A stretch of 64,000 bases of DNA. Origin: Oligoflexia bacterium. Its GTDB lineage: Bacteria > Bdellovibrionota > UBA1018. Shown piece after piece: positions 41,321 through 50,750 of the stretch; the first letter of the stretch is position 1; each line of letters opens with the position of its first letter. The position numbers were made by a program, and so were the translations under genes. A model generated the notes under the pieces. The model had not been told where the DNA came from. It saw only the letters and a program-made list of their open reading frames with translations, and ran no database searches. The stretch is from NCBI GenBank assembly GCA_046317855.1, contig JBKCVM010000147.1, positions 3,956 to 67,955 of the forward strand, given 5' to 3'.

Positions 41321-41737
41321 GTGCTCATGAGTCGGTGCCGGGTTTGGACTTTTCTGTTTCGTCTGTCACTCTGTCTCTTTTCTGTGGCTAGCCCCCACGC
41401 TCTGGGTTCTGTCCCAAGAGAAGACGAGTGGCGAGATGTTCCGTCAAGCTTGGAGTCGCCTCATCCCTATCCAAACCGGGCTAACCTGTTGTTTGAGGCC
41501 AGTGTTCCTGGGGCAAGATGGATGCGGGTGGTGTTCTCAAAAATCGAAACTGAGTTTTTCTACGACAAGATCACGATCGAAAATCCAGGCGGGCATGTTT
41601 TTGATTCGTTCACGGGTTTTCCAAAAAATCTGGTCAGCCTACCCGTGCCCGGGGAAGTGCTGATGATCCGACTTCGGTCAGACCGCACGACCCGGGGCTA
41701 CGGATTTTCAGTGGCTAAGTTGCAATACTCCTTGTGA
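41321..41737 (+). CDS. Small secreted protein with Cys-less CUB-like domain
   Basis: After the signal peptide: LESPHPYPN...W.RVVF..IETEFFYDKITIENPGG...LMIRLRSDRTTRGYGF. This mirrors the CUB blocks (SPnYP; W.I; yDyveI.DG; F.SD.s...GF) but without the four Cys. Confidence 0.4.
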   Translation: MLMSRCRVWTFLFRLSLCLFSVASPHALGSVPREDEWRDVPSSLESPHPYPNRANLLFEASVPGARWMRVVFSKIETEFFYDKITIENPGGHVFDSFTGFPKNLVSLPVPGEVLMIRLRSDRTTRGYGFSVAKLQYSL

Positions 41738-41742
41738 GCTCC

Positions 41743-42549
41743 TCAGAGCCTCAGGCGTCGCCCCCGGCGGGACAACTCCTGCATGAAATGATTGAGCCGT
41801 ACGGCCTGCGACCTTGAGAGAGAGCGTTGTGATTTGAATTCAAGCTGCGAGGGTTCGGTGGCGTTGGCAATCAGGCTTGTCATCATGCGCGGCGATACTT
41901 GCTGAAGCGCAGGCCCTACATCGACAAACACGGCCAGTCCGCTCTGACCGCTTTCTGATGAACTAAAAAGCCCAGCCACTCCACGAATTCCATGATCTCC
42001 AGTAAATGGAAAAAAGAGATCGGTACCGCCGATGGCTGATGCAAGGCGGTCAAATTCGCGGATGACGACCGCTGTTCCGACTAGGGCAGTTCTCTCTCCA
42101 AAGGCGACATAGGCACGGCTTCGTTCTTGAATAGGAATCGCCACGGCCGTGACGCCGGTAGGCAAAGCAACAGGAATGGGTTTGCCGTTGGGGAGCTGCG
42201 ATGAGTCCACTGATCCGTTCAAGCCAGGGATCTCATCTAGATGAATGCGCACACCGAGTTCAGTGCCGATGCCCAGGGCGTCTCTCATTGAAATCGCACC
42301 GTAAAAACGTCCAGGTTCTTTGGGGTCGGCAATCGGGACAACAAATGAAGGGAGCTGAACGCCGGACGTGTTCAGCATCAGCTTAAGATCTCCAATGAGC
42401 TGTCCATTTTCTTCAGAGGTTTGAAACTTGGCCTGAGTGACAAAGCTTCCGGCCCCTTTCTTTCCGCAACCTGCGGCGTTCAGCGTCAGGGCAAAGAGGG
42501 CAGAAGAGAGAGCAAAAAGACGGGTTTGAGAATTGAGGGACTGGTTCAC
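41743..42549 (-). CDS. Lipoprotein, hypothetical
   Basis: Signal peptide plus lipobox LNAAG|C. Confidence 0.45.
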   Translation of the reverse strand: MNQSLNSQTRLFALSSALFALTLNAAGCGKKGAGSFVTQAKFQTSEENGQLIGDLKLMLNTSGVQLPSFVVPIADPKEPGRFYGAISMRDALGIGTELGVRIHLDEIPGLNGSVDSSQLPNGKPIPVALPTGVTAVAIPIQERSRAYVAFGERTALVGTAVVIREFDRLASAIGGTDLFFPFTGDHGIRGVAGLFSSSESGQSGLAVFVDVGPALQQVSPRMMTSLIANATEPSQLEFKSQRSLSRSQAVRLNHFMQELSRRGRRLRL

Positions 42550-42676
42550 GAGAAACTCCTTTCGGTACTGCCAGGGGTGGCTCGAGATTAGTTAATAATT
42601 TTTAACAATAATAAAAAATAAACGCCAGTTTTTTATGGGCGCCTATAAAAACAAATAAAATCAAATATTTAACGAT

Positions 42677-43270
42677 TTACCAACTTTTGGATCGAATTGC
42701 TCCGGTGTCCTCGTCCACGCCACTAGCCGGCTGGCGCTGAGAGGGGGTGCTTGGAGTTTGGGCCGAGCGAGCTGGACTCGCAGTCTCTGAGCGCTCGGCC
42801 AGAGCGGGATGACCGTCGGGATAGAGTTGGGTAGGGGGCGCCTCGAGCGCGTACGAAACAAATGCTTTTTCGGGGGCGCCGTTTGTTACGATCCACTTGT
42901 CATACTCGGCTCCGCTCTGAGGGTCTTGGTAAACTTTGAACCCTTCGGCAATGGGGATCCCAAGAATGGCGCGACGAATCAGTTGCTCTTTGGGATTGGT
43001 CTTAAAGCGATATCCAATCACCATCACTTTTCCACCGTGTTTGGCGTCATCTAGCTGAAGTGCCAGACCTTGAAGCGCCCCCGCCGGGTATACGTGGATT
43101 TCGAGATTATCTTTCCACTCGATCACGTTCACTTTGGCGCGTGACCTTCCGCGGCCATCCAGTCGGTCATAGTCATCGGCAAGGCCCCAAGAAATACTCG
43201 AAGAAATACTGAGAGCACCCATCGTAGCTGCCGATAAAAGAACACTCACCCATACAAAAGATTTCTGCAT
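42677..43270 (-). CDS. Secreted hypothetical protein (197 aa)
   Basis: Signal peptide; Pro/Ser/Thr-rich C-terminus. Confidence 0.4.
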   Translation of the reverse strand: MQKSFVWVSVLLSAATMGALSISSSISWGLADDYDRLDGRGRSRAKVNVIEWKDNLEIHVYPAGALQGLALQLDDAKHGGKVMVIGYRFKTNPKEQLIRRAILGIPIAEGFKVYQDPQSGAEYDKWIVTNGAPEKAFVSYALEAPPTQLYPDGHPALAERSETASPARSAQTPSTPSQRQPASGVDEDTGAIRSKSW

Positions 43271-43456
43271 GTCCTACTGATCGGCAGGCGGGTGCAGGCT
43301 CTCTACTGTGTCCAGAAAGACAATTTGAAAGAAATGAGGGGCTCCCCCTAAATCCTGGGGAGGATTCAATTTGGGGTGTAGTCTCTCGTGGGCGGTGGCT
43401 GAGAAATCAGCGAGGATTGTCGCAACCCCCCAGTTCAAAATGAAGGGAGTCGCAGG

Positions 43457-43756
43457 ATGATCTATGAAGTGAACATTAAAGTAGAGTCGCAAATTGCAGC
43501 TCAATATGCGGAGTTTTTAAAGAACCACATCCCAGAGCTACTCAAGATCGACGGCTTTGAATCGGCGGAGTGGTGGACTGAAGTCGATGCGGATCTGACC
43601 TCTGTCTTGTGGGTGATTCACTATCGGGTCAAGAGCCGGGCCCTGCTTGAGCGCTACCTTGCCGAGGACGCTCCGAGGATGCGAGCTGAGGCGATTGCTC
43701 GATTTGGTGAGCGTTTCTCTATTCGTCGTAGGATTTTGAGCCCTTATCGTCCGTAA
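43457..43756 (+). CDS. Small cytoplasmic hypothetical protein (99 aa), DUF4286-like
   Basis: MIYEVNIKVE...FLKNHIPELL pattern; no signal peptide. Confidence 0.35.
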   Translation: MIYEVNIKVESQIAAQYAEFLKNHIPELLKIDGFESAEWWTEVDADLTSVLWVIHYRVKSRALLERYLAEDAPRMRAEAIARFGERFSIRRRILSPYRP

Positions 43757-44553
43757 GGACCACTGTGGCAGGATACGCAGGCCTGGCCTAGATTTCGTGA
43801 CTTCTCAAAAGCGTTAGGATCCCTGCGATGAGCGACGGTCAACACCGCTTTGACATCATTTTTAAGAGCGCCAATCAGGTCACCATTTCCATGAAACACT
43901 CCGGTGGCTTCGAGAGCCTCAGAAATTCGAAGCATTTCAGTCGCGCTGAGTGAGAGGGCATCATAGTTTTCTCGTTGAGCCTCAAAACCAGTGACCAGAA
44001 AGTTATAACTGCTCGCGAGCCCGTGCATGTTCTTGCATAAGAAAGGGTTACGCCCAGGCTTGTTGCAGGCAGTGTGCACCACCTCCCAGTTGTAATTGGC
44101 AATATCGGTCCAAAGGTGTCCGCTTGCGGCACCTGTTCCCTGACCCGTATGACAGGCGGCGCATTGGGCCTTGATCTGGTTTGCCGTAACGAGCGCATTT
44201 GGGCTGGATTTTGTGGCCTCCGCAGCTAAGCGTGTAGTCTTCTCGATCACTGCTTTGAGCGGACTCAAGTGATTTTCAGGTGCGCCGCTCGCCGATTCTT
44301 TGAGCGCATCTTGTGCCACCGCGGCCATGTCTAACCCAAGAGCCGCAAGTAAAGGATAGTTGACCTGCAACAGCTCGCGTTGGGCTTCTAAGAAGTTGAG
44401 CCCGCTGCGCAGATGGTTCATCTGGCGGCAAAGTTTCTGGTTGCGCACGGGGTCATCGCACAGGCCTGCCCTTGCAGAAGCCGGCATGAGGATTTGAGAG
44501 CCCAGCAGTACAGTAGCGCCAACCCAGAGGATGATTCCTTTTTGCTTTGTCAT
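43744..44553 (-). CDS. Periplasmic diheme c-type cytochrome
   Basis: Signal peptide; two CxxCH motifs (CAACHTG, CVSCHSG). Confidence 0.6.
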   Translation of the reverse strand: MTKQKGIILWVGATVLLGSQILMPASARAGLCDDPVRNQKLCRQMNHLRSGLNFLEAQRELLQVNYPLLAALGLDMAAVAQDALKESASGAPENHLSPLKAVIEKTTRLAAEATKSSPNALVTANQIKAQCAACHTGQGTGAASGHLWTDIANYNWEVVHTACNKPGRNPFLCKNMHGLASSYNFLVTGFEAQRENYDALSLSATEMLRISEALEATGVFHGNGDLIGALKNDVKAVLTVAHRRDPNAFEKSRNLGQACVSCHSGPYGR

Positions 44554-44624
44554 GGCGATCTTCTCCGCTGGAAGGGCTTGCCACTCCAGTCAAGTTTTTG
44601 CAAACCCCTGAGAAAAAACACGGC

Positions 44625-45848
44625 TCAGAGAGGTCTCAGGGCTTGAAAATCGAACTCTGTGGTCACCATGAAGTGATCGGAGGGGTCGGTTTTGCGTCTG
44701 CGAAAGCTCTGAGGAACGGGCTTGGGTTTTCCGTGTGTATCGAGATACGGGATGATTTGGGCTTGCTTGATCCATTCGGTTGAATTTGGGCCTCCCGAGA
44801 CCAAGATCGCATCCAGCTGCAAGAAGACGGGGGCCTCTTCTGCTGGAAAATAAGTGTGAGTGATCCGCTCTTCGATCGGGACGCTTTTAGTCTGAGGAGC
44901 GAGATCAAAAGTGTCTTTTAATTTAGCCAGTTCTCGAAGGGGTTGAAAAGCTGCTGCGTTACGAACGTCGTCATTAAAATCAGCTGCAAAGAATATTGGA
45001 ACTTGGTCTCCAAACTGATGACGATAGTGGGCAATCACTTGGGCTGCAGTGAGGGCTTCTTGCGCGCGGATTGCTGCAGTGTCCTGGCCTGCGCTGTCTA
45101 GCCGTTTAGATTTAAAGTGGGAGCCGGCCACTAAGAAGCGTGGAGGATCGCTCGGCTTTGAGCCAATTTCTCGGATGATAGCAACTGCGAGGTCTCTAGA
45201 AAAAACAGTTCTTTCTAGGGATGGATCTAGGGATGGATGCGCGATATTTCTAAAGCTTTGGATTTCAATTTCGAACGGGAGATCTTTTTTAAAGAGAAAA
45301 CCGACCTGAATGAACGGGTCGTTTCCCTCGATGACGGCCGGAACGTATTTTCCGTTCAAGTGATGGAGGTTGAGGTGATCTAAGAGCGCATGGCTTTCGA
45401 CCTCTTGAATGACGAGAATGTCTGGATTGGCCCGAAGAATCGTAGAAGCGATTCTTTGAACGTCGTGAAGAGGTTTGGCAATTTGCCCATCCGGAGCGCC
45501 TGCAGAAAACGAGAGTGCCTCGGTGCCCGGATCTCGGAGTAGACGTTCTTTTGCTGCTGGACTCACGAGATTGTGAACGTTGTACTGGCCCAATGTCAGG
45601 GTTGAAATACTGCGATTTGGGCCCAGCGACAGAGTGACTCTGGGACCCCAGTCTGGCAAGCGATTAGGTTTTTTGAGGCCGGCGATGGGTTCACTGAGCC
45701 CTGGCGCAAGGGGGTGTTTGGGTGTGGCCACAAAGGCCAGAAGCATCTTTGGGCAGTTGGGCCCGCCCGCTAGAGTCAGGTTAGGGGCCAAGAGCGACAG
45801 GGCCGCTGCTTTGAGAAGAGCTATAGAATAGCCTTTAAGACCAAGCAC
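44625..45848 (-). CDS. Secreted EEP-family hydrolase (nuclease/phosphatase-like, 407 aa)
   Basis: Signal peptide; EEP motifs TLGQYNVHNL, ILVIQEVE, and a C-terminal DHF catalytic-His region. Confidence 0.6.
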   Translation of the reverse strand: MLGLKGYSIALLKAAALSLLAPNLTLAGGPNCPKMLLAFVATPKHPLAPGLSEPIAGLKKPNRLPDWGPRVTLSLGPNRSISTLTLGQYNVHNLVSPAAKERLLRDPGTEALSFSAGAPDGQIAKPLHDVQRIASTILRANPDILVIQEVESHALLDHLNLHHLNGKYVPAVIEGNDPFIQVGFLFKKDLPFEIEIQSFRNIAHPSLDPSLERTVFSRDLAVAIIREIGSKPSDPPRFLVAGSHFKSKRLDSAGQDTAAIRAQEALTAAQVIAHYRHQFGDQVPIFFAADFNDDVRNAAAFQPLRELAKLKDTFDLAPQTKSVPIEERITHTYFPAEEAPVFLQLDAILVSGGPNSTEWIKQAQIIPYLDTHGKPKPVPQSFRRRKTDPSDHFMVTTEFDFQALRPL

Positions 45849-45920
45849 TTGAAACCCCTCACCTCGAATTCTTGGCAGAACTTCCCAGTTTCTGCCCGAT
45901 TCGATACACTGAAGGGAGGT

Positions 45921-46586
45921 ATGAAGTCGAGCCGGGACTATCGCGGCTATCGCGACTATAAAGATGCTCTTTTGGAACGTCTCCTGCGCATTCCGAGGTT
46001 CAATTTTTTGGAAAACGCCGGCGGTTTTAGCTTGATAGAGCTCATGGTCAGCGTGGCAGTGATTGGGGTACTGGCCGCCGTTGCCGTCCCTAAGTTCCAG
46101 AATTTTCAGCGTAAAGCTAAGGCCGTCGAAGCCAAGATTCAGCTTGGGGCGGCCTTTCGGTCTGAGAAGATTTTTTTTACCTCCTCGGGGCAGTACTCAG
46201 TTTGCTTGGCTGAACTGGGGTTTTCTCCGGGGTCAGGTCGTCGCAGATTTACTGTAGGCTTTATGCCGAGCGGCAATTTTGACTCCTTTAAGGGAGGCTT
46301 GACCTGCACGCAAGGCGAGGGGGCTACTTTTTTTCAGCCGCTGGGGGGGCCTGCGCCTTCGTTGATGACTTGGACGGATATTAATGCATCGGGCTTTAGG
46401 ATTGGGGCTCTTGGAAATCTGGACTTGGCCTCCCTCGGGCTCTTTAACACTGCTTGGGCACAGGAAATGGGTTCTGCTGGCCAATCGTCGGGACCGATTG
46501 ATGGCTTTCAAGTAGACCAAGAGGGTAGCATCACCGAGGTTAGTGAGGCGTTGATAAGAGGTCCTTTACAGGGTGCATCCTTCTAG
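45921..46586 (+). CDS. Type IV pilin-like protein with unusually long charged leader
   Basis: ...ENAGG|FSLIELMVSVAVIGVLAAVAVP canonical prepilin motif (G at -1, E at +5). The leader MKSSRDYRGYRDYKDALLERLLRIPRFNFLENAGG is 35 aa long when counted from the ATG at 45921 through the cleavage-site Gly. GGGAGG lies immediately before the ATG. The ORF-track TTG at 45849 would abut the divergent gene. Confidence 0.5.
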   Translation: MKSSRDYRGYRDYKDALLERLLRIPRFNFLENAGGFSLIELMVSVAVIGVLAAVAVPKFQNFQRKAKAVEAKIQLGAAFRSEKIFFTSSGQYSVCLAELGFSPGSGRRRFTVGFMPSGNFDSFKGGLTCTQGEGATFFQPLGGPAPSLMTWTDINASGFRIGALGNLDLASLGLFNTAWAQEMGSAGQSSGPIDGFQVDQEGSITEVSEALIRGPLQGASF

Positions 46587-46619
46587 AAAAATTTTGTTTT
46601 CTGAAGCAAGACTCTGCCT

Positions 46620-47831
46620 ATGTCTGCAGGCTTGCTCTCGCACCTCCAAGATTGGCTAAGTTTGTCTCTGCGCTGGGTTCACCTGGTGGCCGGTATTTCG
46701 TGGATCGGAAGTTCGTTTTACTTTATGTGGCTGGATGCCAGCCTCGAGCCGCCTGAGGCCACCGATACTGAAGCTCAAAAACGGGTCGAAGGTCAGCTTT
46801 GGATGGTCCACAGCGGTGGCTTTTATCAGGTTCAGAAAAGAAAAATTCGTCCGGGCGAAATGCCCAAGACCCTGCACTGGTTCAAGTGGGAGGCCATGTT
46901 CACGGTCCTCACGGGTCTGGCCCTACTAGTGAACCTCTACTACCTTACGGGCGGAGTTTATCTGCTCGACTCGAACGTCTCGAGCATCTCACTTGGTGCA
47001 GCGTCTGCACTGGGGCTCGGGATTCTGGCGGTCTCGTGGTTTGCTTATGACGCTCTCTGGAATTCTAACTTTGCCCAATCCCGCTCGGGTCTTGCGACCA
47101 CACTTTGCTACGTGGCGCTTGTGGCGATGGTCATAGGCCTCTGCAAGACTCTGAGCGGCAGAGCGGCATTCATCCATGTGGGCGCGGTGATGGGCACAAT
47201 CATGGTGCTCAACGTCTGGGTGCGCATTCTCCCCGCGCAGCAGAAGATGATTGATGCAACGGCCGAGGGCAAGATCCCTGATTATGGCCATGGTCTGGCT
47301 GCCAAGCGCCGCTCCGTTCACAATAGCTACATGACCTTTCCTGTGCTCTTTGTGATGCTGAGTAACCACTACTCTATGACTTTTGGTCATGCGCAAAACT
47401 GGCTCATATTGCTCCTGCTTATTTTTGCAGGTGCGGCGATCCGTCACGTGATGATCGGAAAATCGGCAAACGCCAGGTGGGCCGCGCTTCCGGCTGCAGC
47501 AGCCCTTCTTGGGGTGATCGGGATGACTGCGCCCGCTGGGGCATTGCAATCAGCAGAGCTCGGTGAGCCTATAGCGTATTCTGAGGTCCATTCTATTATT
47601 GAGCGGCGTTGTACTCAGTGCCACTCGTCGCAGCCGACAGATGATGTATTCAAGGTAGCTCCCAATGGCGTGATGTTTGATGCACCAGAAAAAGTAAAAG
47701 CAATGGCTGAAAAAATTCAGTTTCGTGTGGTGATCACCAAGACCATGCCTATGAATAACAAGACAGGCATCACTGATGATGAGCGAGAGGTTCTCTCAAA
47801 ATGGATCAGGCAGGGGGCTAAACTTCAGTGA
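46620..47831 (+). CDS. puuD: Urate hydroxylase PuuD (membrane cytochrome-c type)
   Basis: N-terminus LRWVHLVAGISWIGSSFYFMWLD typical of PuuD; multiple TM helices; C-terminal CTQCHS heme-binding site. Confidence 0.7.
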   Translation: MSAGLLSHLQDWLSLSLRWVHLVAGISWIGSSFYFMWLDASLEPPEATDTEAQKRVEGQLWMVHSGGFYQVQKRKIRPGEMPKTLHWFKWEAMFTVLTGLALLVNLYYLTGGVYLLDSNVSSISLGAASALGLGILAVSWFAYDALWNSNFAQSRSGLATTLCYVALVAMVIGLCKTLSGRAAFIHVGAVMGTIMVLNVWVRILPAQQKMIDATAEGKIPDYGHGLAAKRRSVHNSYMTFPVLFVMLSNHYSMTFGHAQNWLILLLLIFAGAAIRHVMIGKSANARWAALPAAAALLGVIGMTAPAGALQSAELGEPIAYSEVHSIIERRCTQCHSSQPTDDVFKVAPNGVMFDAPEKVKAMAEKIQFRVVITKTMPMNNKTGITDDEREVLSKWIRQGAKLQ

Positions 47832-49195
47832 GTCTTTTAGCGGAAAAAAATCATTTCTGGGTCCGCGGCTCACAAGTAGTGCTGCCGTTTTCAAGCGCTC
47901 CAAAGCCGGCAGCTTTTGAGGTCCGAGACGGAAAAATAATTCAAGTGCTTGCCTCTGACACTTCGGTCCCAGATCAGAGTCTGCCTGTCCTGAGTATCAA
48001 GCGCGCGCTGGTGCTGCCGGGTCTTGTCGATACTCATGCCCACATCAATGAGCCGGGGCGCACTGAGTGGGAAGGATTTGAAACCGCGACTCGTGCTGCA
48101 GCAGCTGGCGGAATTACAACCGTGATTGATATGCCGCTGAATTCAATTCCGGCAACCACTTCTCTAGCAGCACTCGAGGCAAAGGCGGCTGCGGCTGTGG
48201 GCAAGTGCCAGATTGATTATGGATTTTGGGGAGGAGTGGTTCCAGGCAATGCGTCTGAGCTGGAGCCCATGGTTCGTGCAGGGGTTTTTGGGTTTAAGTG
48301 TTTTTTGTGTCCCTCGGGTGTGGATGAGTTTGAGCATGTCGTTGAGAAAGACCTCACAGTAGCGATGCCGATCCTTGCACGGCTGGGGGTTCCGCTTCTT
48401 GTTCATGCCGAGATCGAATCACCCGTCATGCAGTCCAAGAAAGATCCACGGACCTATCGAAGCTTTTTGGAATCCCGGCCCCAAAAGTGGGAGGTCGATG
48501 CGATTCGTATGATGATCAAGCTGGCGCGACAAACCGGTTGTCGAACTCACATCGTGCACCTTTCGGCATCGGATGCCCTGGCGGATCTGGCTGAGGCGCG
48601 GCGGGCCGGAGTTCCAATCACTGCTGAAACTTGCCCTCATTATCTTGCGTTCAGTGCCGAAGAAATTCAGGACGGTGCCACCCACTTTAAGTGCTGTCCT
48701 CCGATTCGTGAGGCCTCGAATCGTGAAGAACTTTGGAAGGGGCTCACCCGTCGTGACATTGAGTTCGTGGTCTCGGATCACTCGCCGTGCACACCCTCGC
48801 TCAAGCTGAGTGAAACCGGAGATTTTGCAAAAGCCTGGGGTGGAATTTCGGGGCTTCAGTTTGGCCTTCCGGTTGTTTGGACTGAGCTTAGGTCACGCGG
48901 TTTTTCTGCTGGTGATCTGGCTCAGTGGATGAGTTCGCGCACCGCAGCCTTTTTAGGACTGGGTAGGCGCAAAGGTGCGATTGCCCCGGGTATGGACGCC
49001 GACTTCGTGGTCTTTGATCCGGAGGCAGAAAGCTCGATTGATGAAACCCAGGTGCTGCATCGCCACAAGCTCACGCCGTATTCAGGCCGTCAGGTGCAAG
49101 GCAGGGTGCTCCAGACTTTTCTGGGTGGGGTGGAGATCCTGCCCGGGAGCGCTCCTCGGGGGCAGCAGCTTAAGTTTGAAAGGCAGGACAAATGA
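47828..49195 (+). CDS. allB: Allantoinase (cyclic amidohydrolase)
   Basis: DTHAHINEPGRTEWEGFETATRAAAAGGITTVIDMP metal-binding His pair and the DHSP/HxH blocks of allantoinase/dihydropyrimidinase-type amidohydrolases; 4-bp overlap with the upstream gene. Confidence 0.7.
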   Translation: MSLLAEKNHFWVRGSQVVLPFSSAPKPAAFEVRDGKIIQVLASDTSVPDQSLPVLSIKRALVLPGLVDTHAHINEPGRTEWEGFETATRAAAAGGITTVIDMPLNSIPATTSLAALEAKAAAAVGKCQIDYGFWGGVVPGNASELEPMVRAGVFGFKCFLCPSGVDEFEHVVEKDLTVAMPILARLGVPLLVHAEIESPVMQSKKDPRTYRSFLESRPQKWEVDAIRMMIKLARQTGCRTHIVHLSASDALADLAEARRAGVPITAETCPHYLAFSAEEIQDGATHFKCCPPIREASNREELWKGLTRRDIEFVVSDHSPCTPSLKLSETGDFAKAWGGISGLQFGLPVVWTELRSRGFSAGDLAQWMSSRTAAFLGLGRRKGAIAPGMDADFVVFDPEAESSIDETQVLHRHKLTPYSGRQVQGRVLQTFLGGVEILPGSAPRGQQLKFERQDK

Positions 49196-50247
49196 ACGCG
49201 ACCGTATCGGCGGCCCCGCAGGGCAGTCACCAGCATTTTTTCGTCCCATTTACCGAGCTTTTGGATCTTGCGTCTGAAAAAGTGGGTGGAAAGGCGCTCT
49301 ACGCCAACGATGATTTTTTTGCCCCGAAAGAGAATTTACTCAAAGCCGAGCCGCCAGTTTTTATTGCGGACAAATACACCGAGTTTGGAAAGTGGATGGA
49401 CGGCTGGGAGAGCCGTCGCAAACGCAACATCGGCCCTGGAAATGATCGCGATACGTGCATTATCCGATTGGGTATCGCTGGGAGCATCAGCGGTTTGGAT
49501 GTCGACACTTCTTTTTTCACTGGCAACTACCCAGAATACTGCTCGATTGACGCGATAGAGTGTGTTTTGGACGAGCAGGCGCTTGATGCCGGTGCAAAGT
49601 GGATTTCTTTGGTGAGCAAGTCCAAGCTTCAGGGCGGCAGCCACAATTTTTTTTCCGTCAATGACGGTCGACGGTTCACGCATCTGAGGCTCACGATTTT
49701 TCCGGATGGGGGAGTGGCGAGGTTGCGAGTGCATGGGCGTCCTGCGGTGGATTTCAAGACCGCTGGGCAGTTGGACCTGGCTGCCGCAGCAAACGGCGGT
49801 AGCGTCGTGTCATGTAACGATAGTTTCTTTGGTCCCAAGGATAATCTGATCCTCCCAGGGCGTGCTCGGAACATGGGCGAAGGGTGGGAAACCCGCCGTA
49901 AGCGCGGTCCCGGAAACGACTGGATCATCGTGAGGCTTGCCACATCAGGTCGGATTCAAAAAATTGAGGTGGATACCAACCACTTCAAAGGGAACTTTCC
50001 GGAGTCCTGCTCCGTGGACGCTTGCTGGGTTGAGGGAGAACCCTTGCTGCCTGCGGACTTTAGAGATCGGAAGGACATTCAGTGGGTTGAGGTGCTTTCG
50101 CGCACCCAGCTTCAGGCTCACCATCAGCACTTTTTTGAAAAGGAGCTCTCAGCGGCGGCAGGTTCTGGAAAGTTTAATTATGTCAGACTCAACATCTACC
50201 CGGATGGGGGTGTGAGTCGCCTCAGAGTTTATGGAGTGCGGGCGTGA
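49192..50247 (+). CDS. alc: Allantoicase (two allantoicase repeats)
   Basis: Two internal repeats, each with DDFFAPKENLL / DSFFGPKDNLI and GWETRR motifs. Confidence 0.8.
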   Translation: MNATVSAAPQGSHQHFFVPFTELLDLASEKVGGKALYANDDFFAPKENLLKAEPPVFIADKYTEFGKWMDGWESRRKRNIGPGNDRDTCIIRLGIAGSISGLDVDTSFFTGNYPEYCSIDAIECVLDEQALDAGAKWISLVSKSKLQGGSHNFFSVNDGRRFTHLRLTIFPDGGVARLRVHGRPAVDFKTAGQLDLAAAANGGSVVSCNDSFFGPKDNLILPGRARNMGEGWETRRKRGPGNDWIIVRLATSGRIQKIEVDTNHFKGNFPESCSVDACWVEGEPLLPADFRDRKDIQWVEVLSRTQLQAHHQHFFEKELSAAAGSGKFNYVRLNIYPDGGVSRLRVYGVRA

Positions 50248-50750
50248 CGCTTGATGAGTTCAATCGTCTCTCTGAGAGGGAGGCCGTTGAGGGCCTGATG
50301 CTGTGTTGTGGTTCCAAAGCTTGGTCAGAACAAATGGCGCGTCGCAGGCCGTTCCGTGTCATCGACGCGCTATTTGAAGCGGCCGACCAGGTTTGGTTCT
50401 CTCTTTCAAAATCTGATTGGCTCGATGCTTTTTCACATCATCCTCGCATTGGTGAAACACAGTTGCGCCAAAAGTTTGCTGCTACGGCTGCATGGGCCTC
50501 ACAAGAACAACAGGGAACTGCCAACGCTTCTGAAAACATTTTGAAAGCGCTTGCTGTTGGAAATGCTGAGTATGAAAAGCAGTTTGGGCATGTGTTTTTG
50601 ATCTGCGCGACCGGTAAATCTGCAGAAGAAATGCTTTTAGCCTTGGACCAGCGCATGAATAACGGGCCTGAGCGCGAGCTCAAAATTGCGGCGGGAGAGC
50701 AGGCCCGCATCACTCAGCTCAGGCTCAAGAAATGGTTGGGAGTCCAATGA
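50244..50750 (+). CDS. uraD: OHCU decarboxylase
   Basis: 168 aa; FSHHPRIGE signature. Confidence 0.8.
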   Translation: MTLDEFNRLSEREAVEGLMLCCGSKAWSEQMARRRPFRVIDALFEAADQVWFSLSKSDWLDAFSHHPRIGETQLRQKFAATAAWASQEQQGTANASENILKALAVGNAEYEKQFGHVFLICATGKSAEEMLLALDQRMNNGPERELKIAAGEQARITQLRLKKWLGVQ

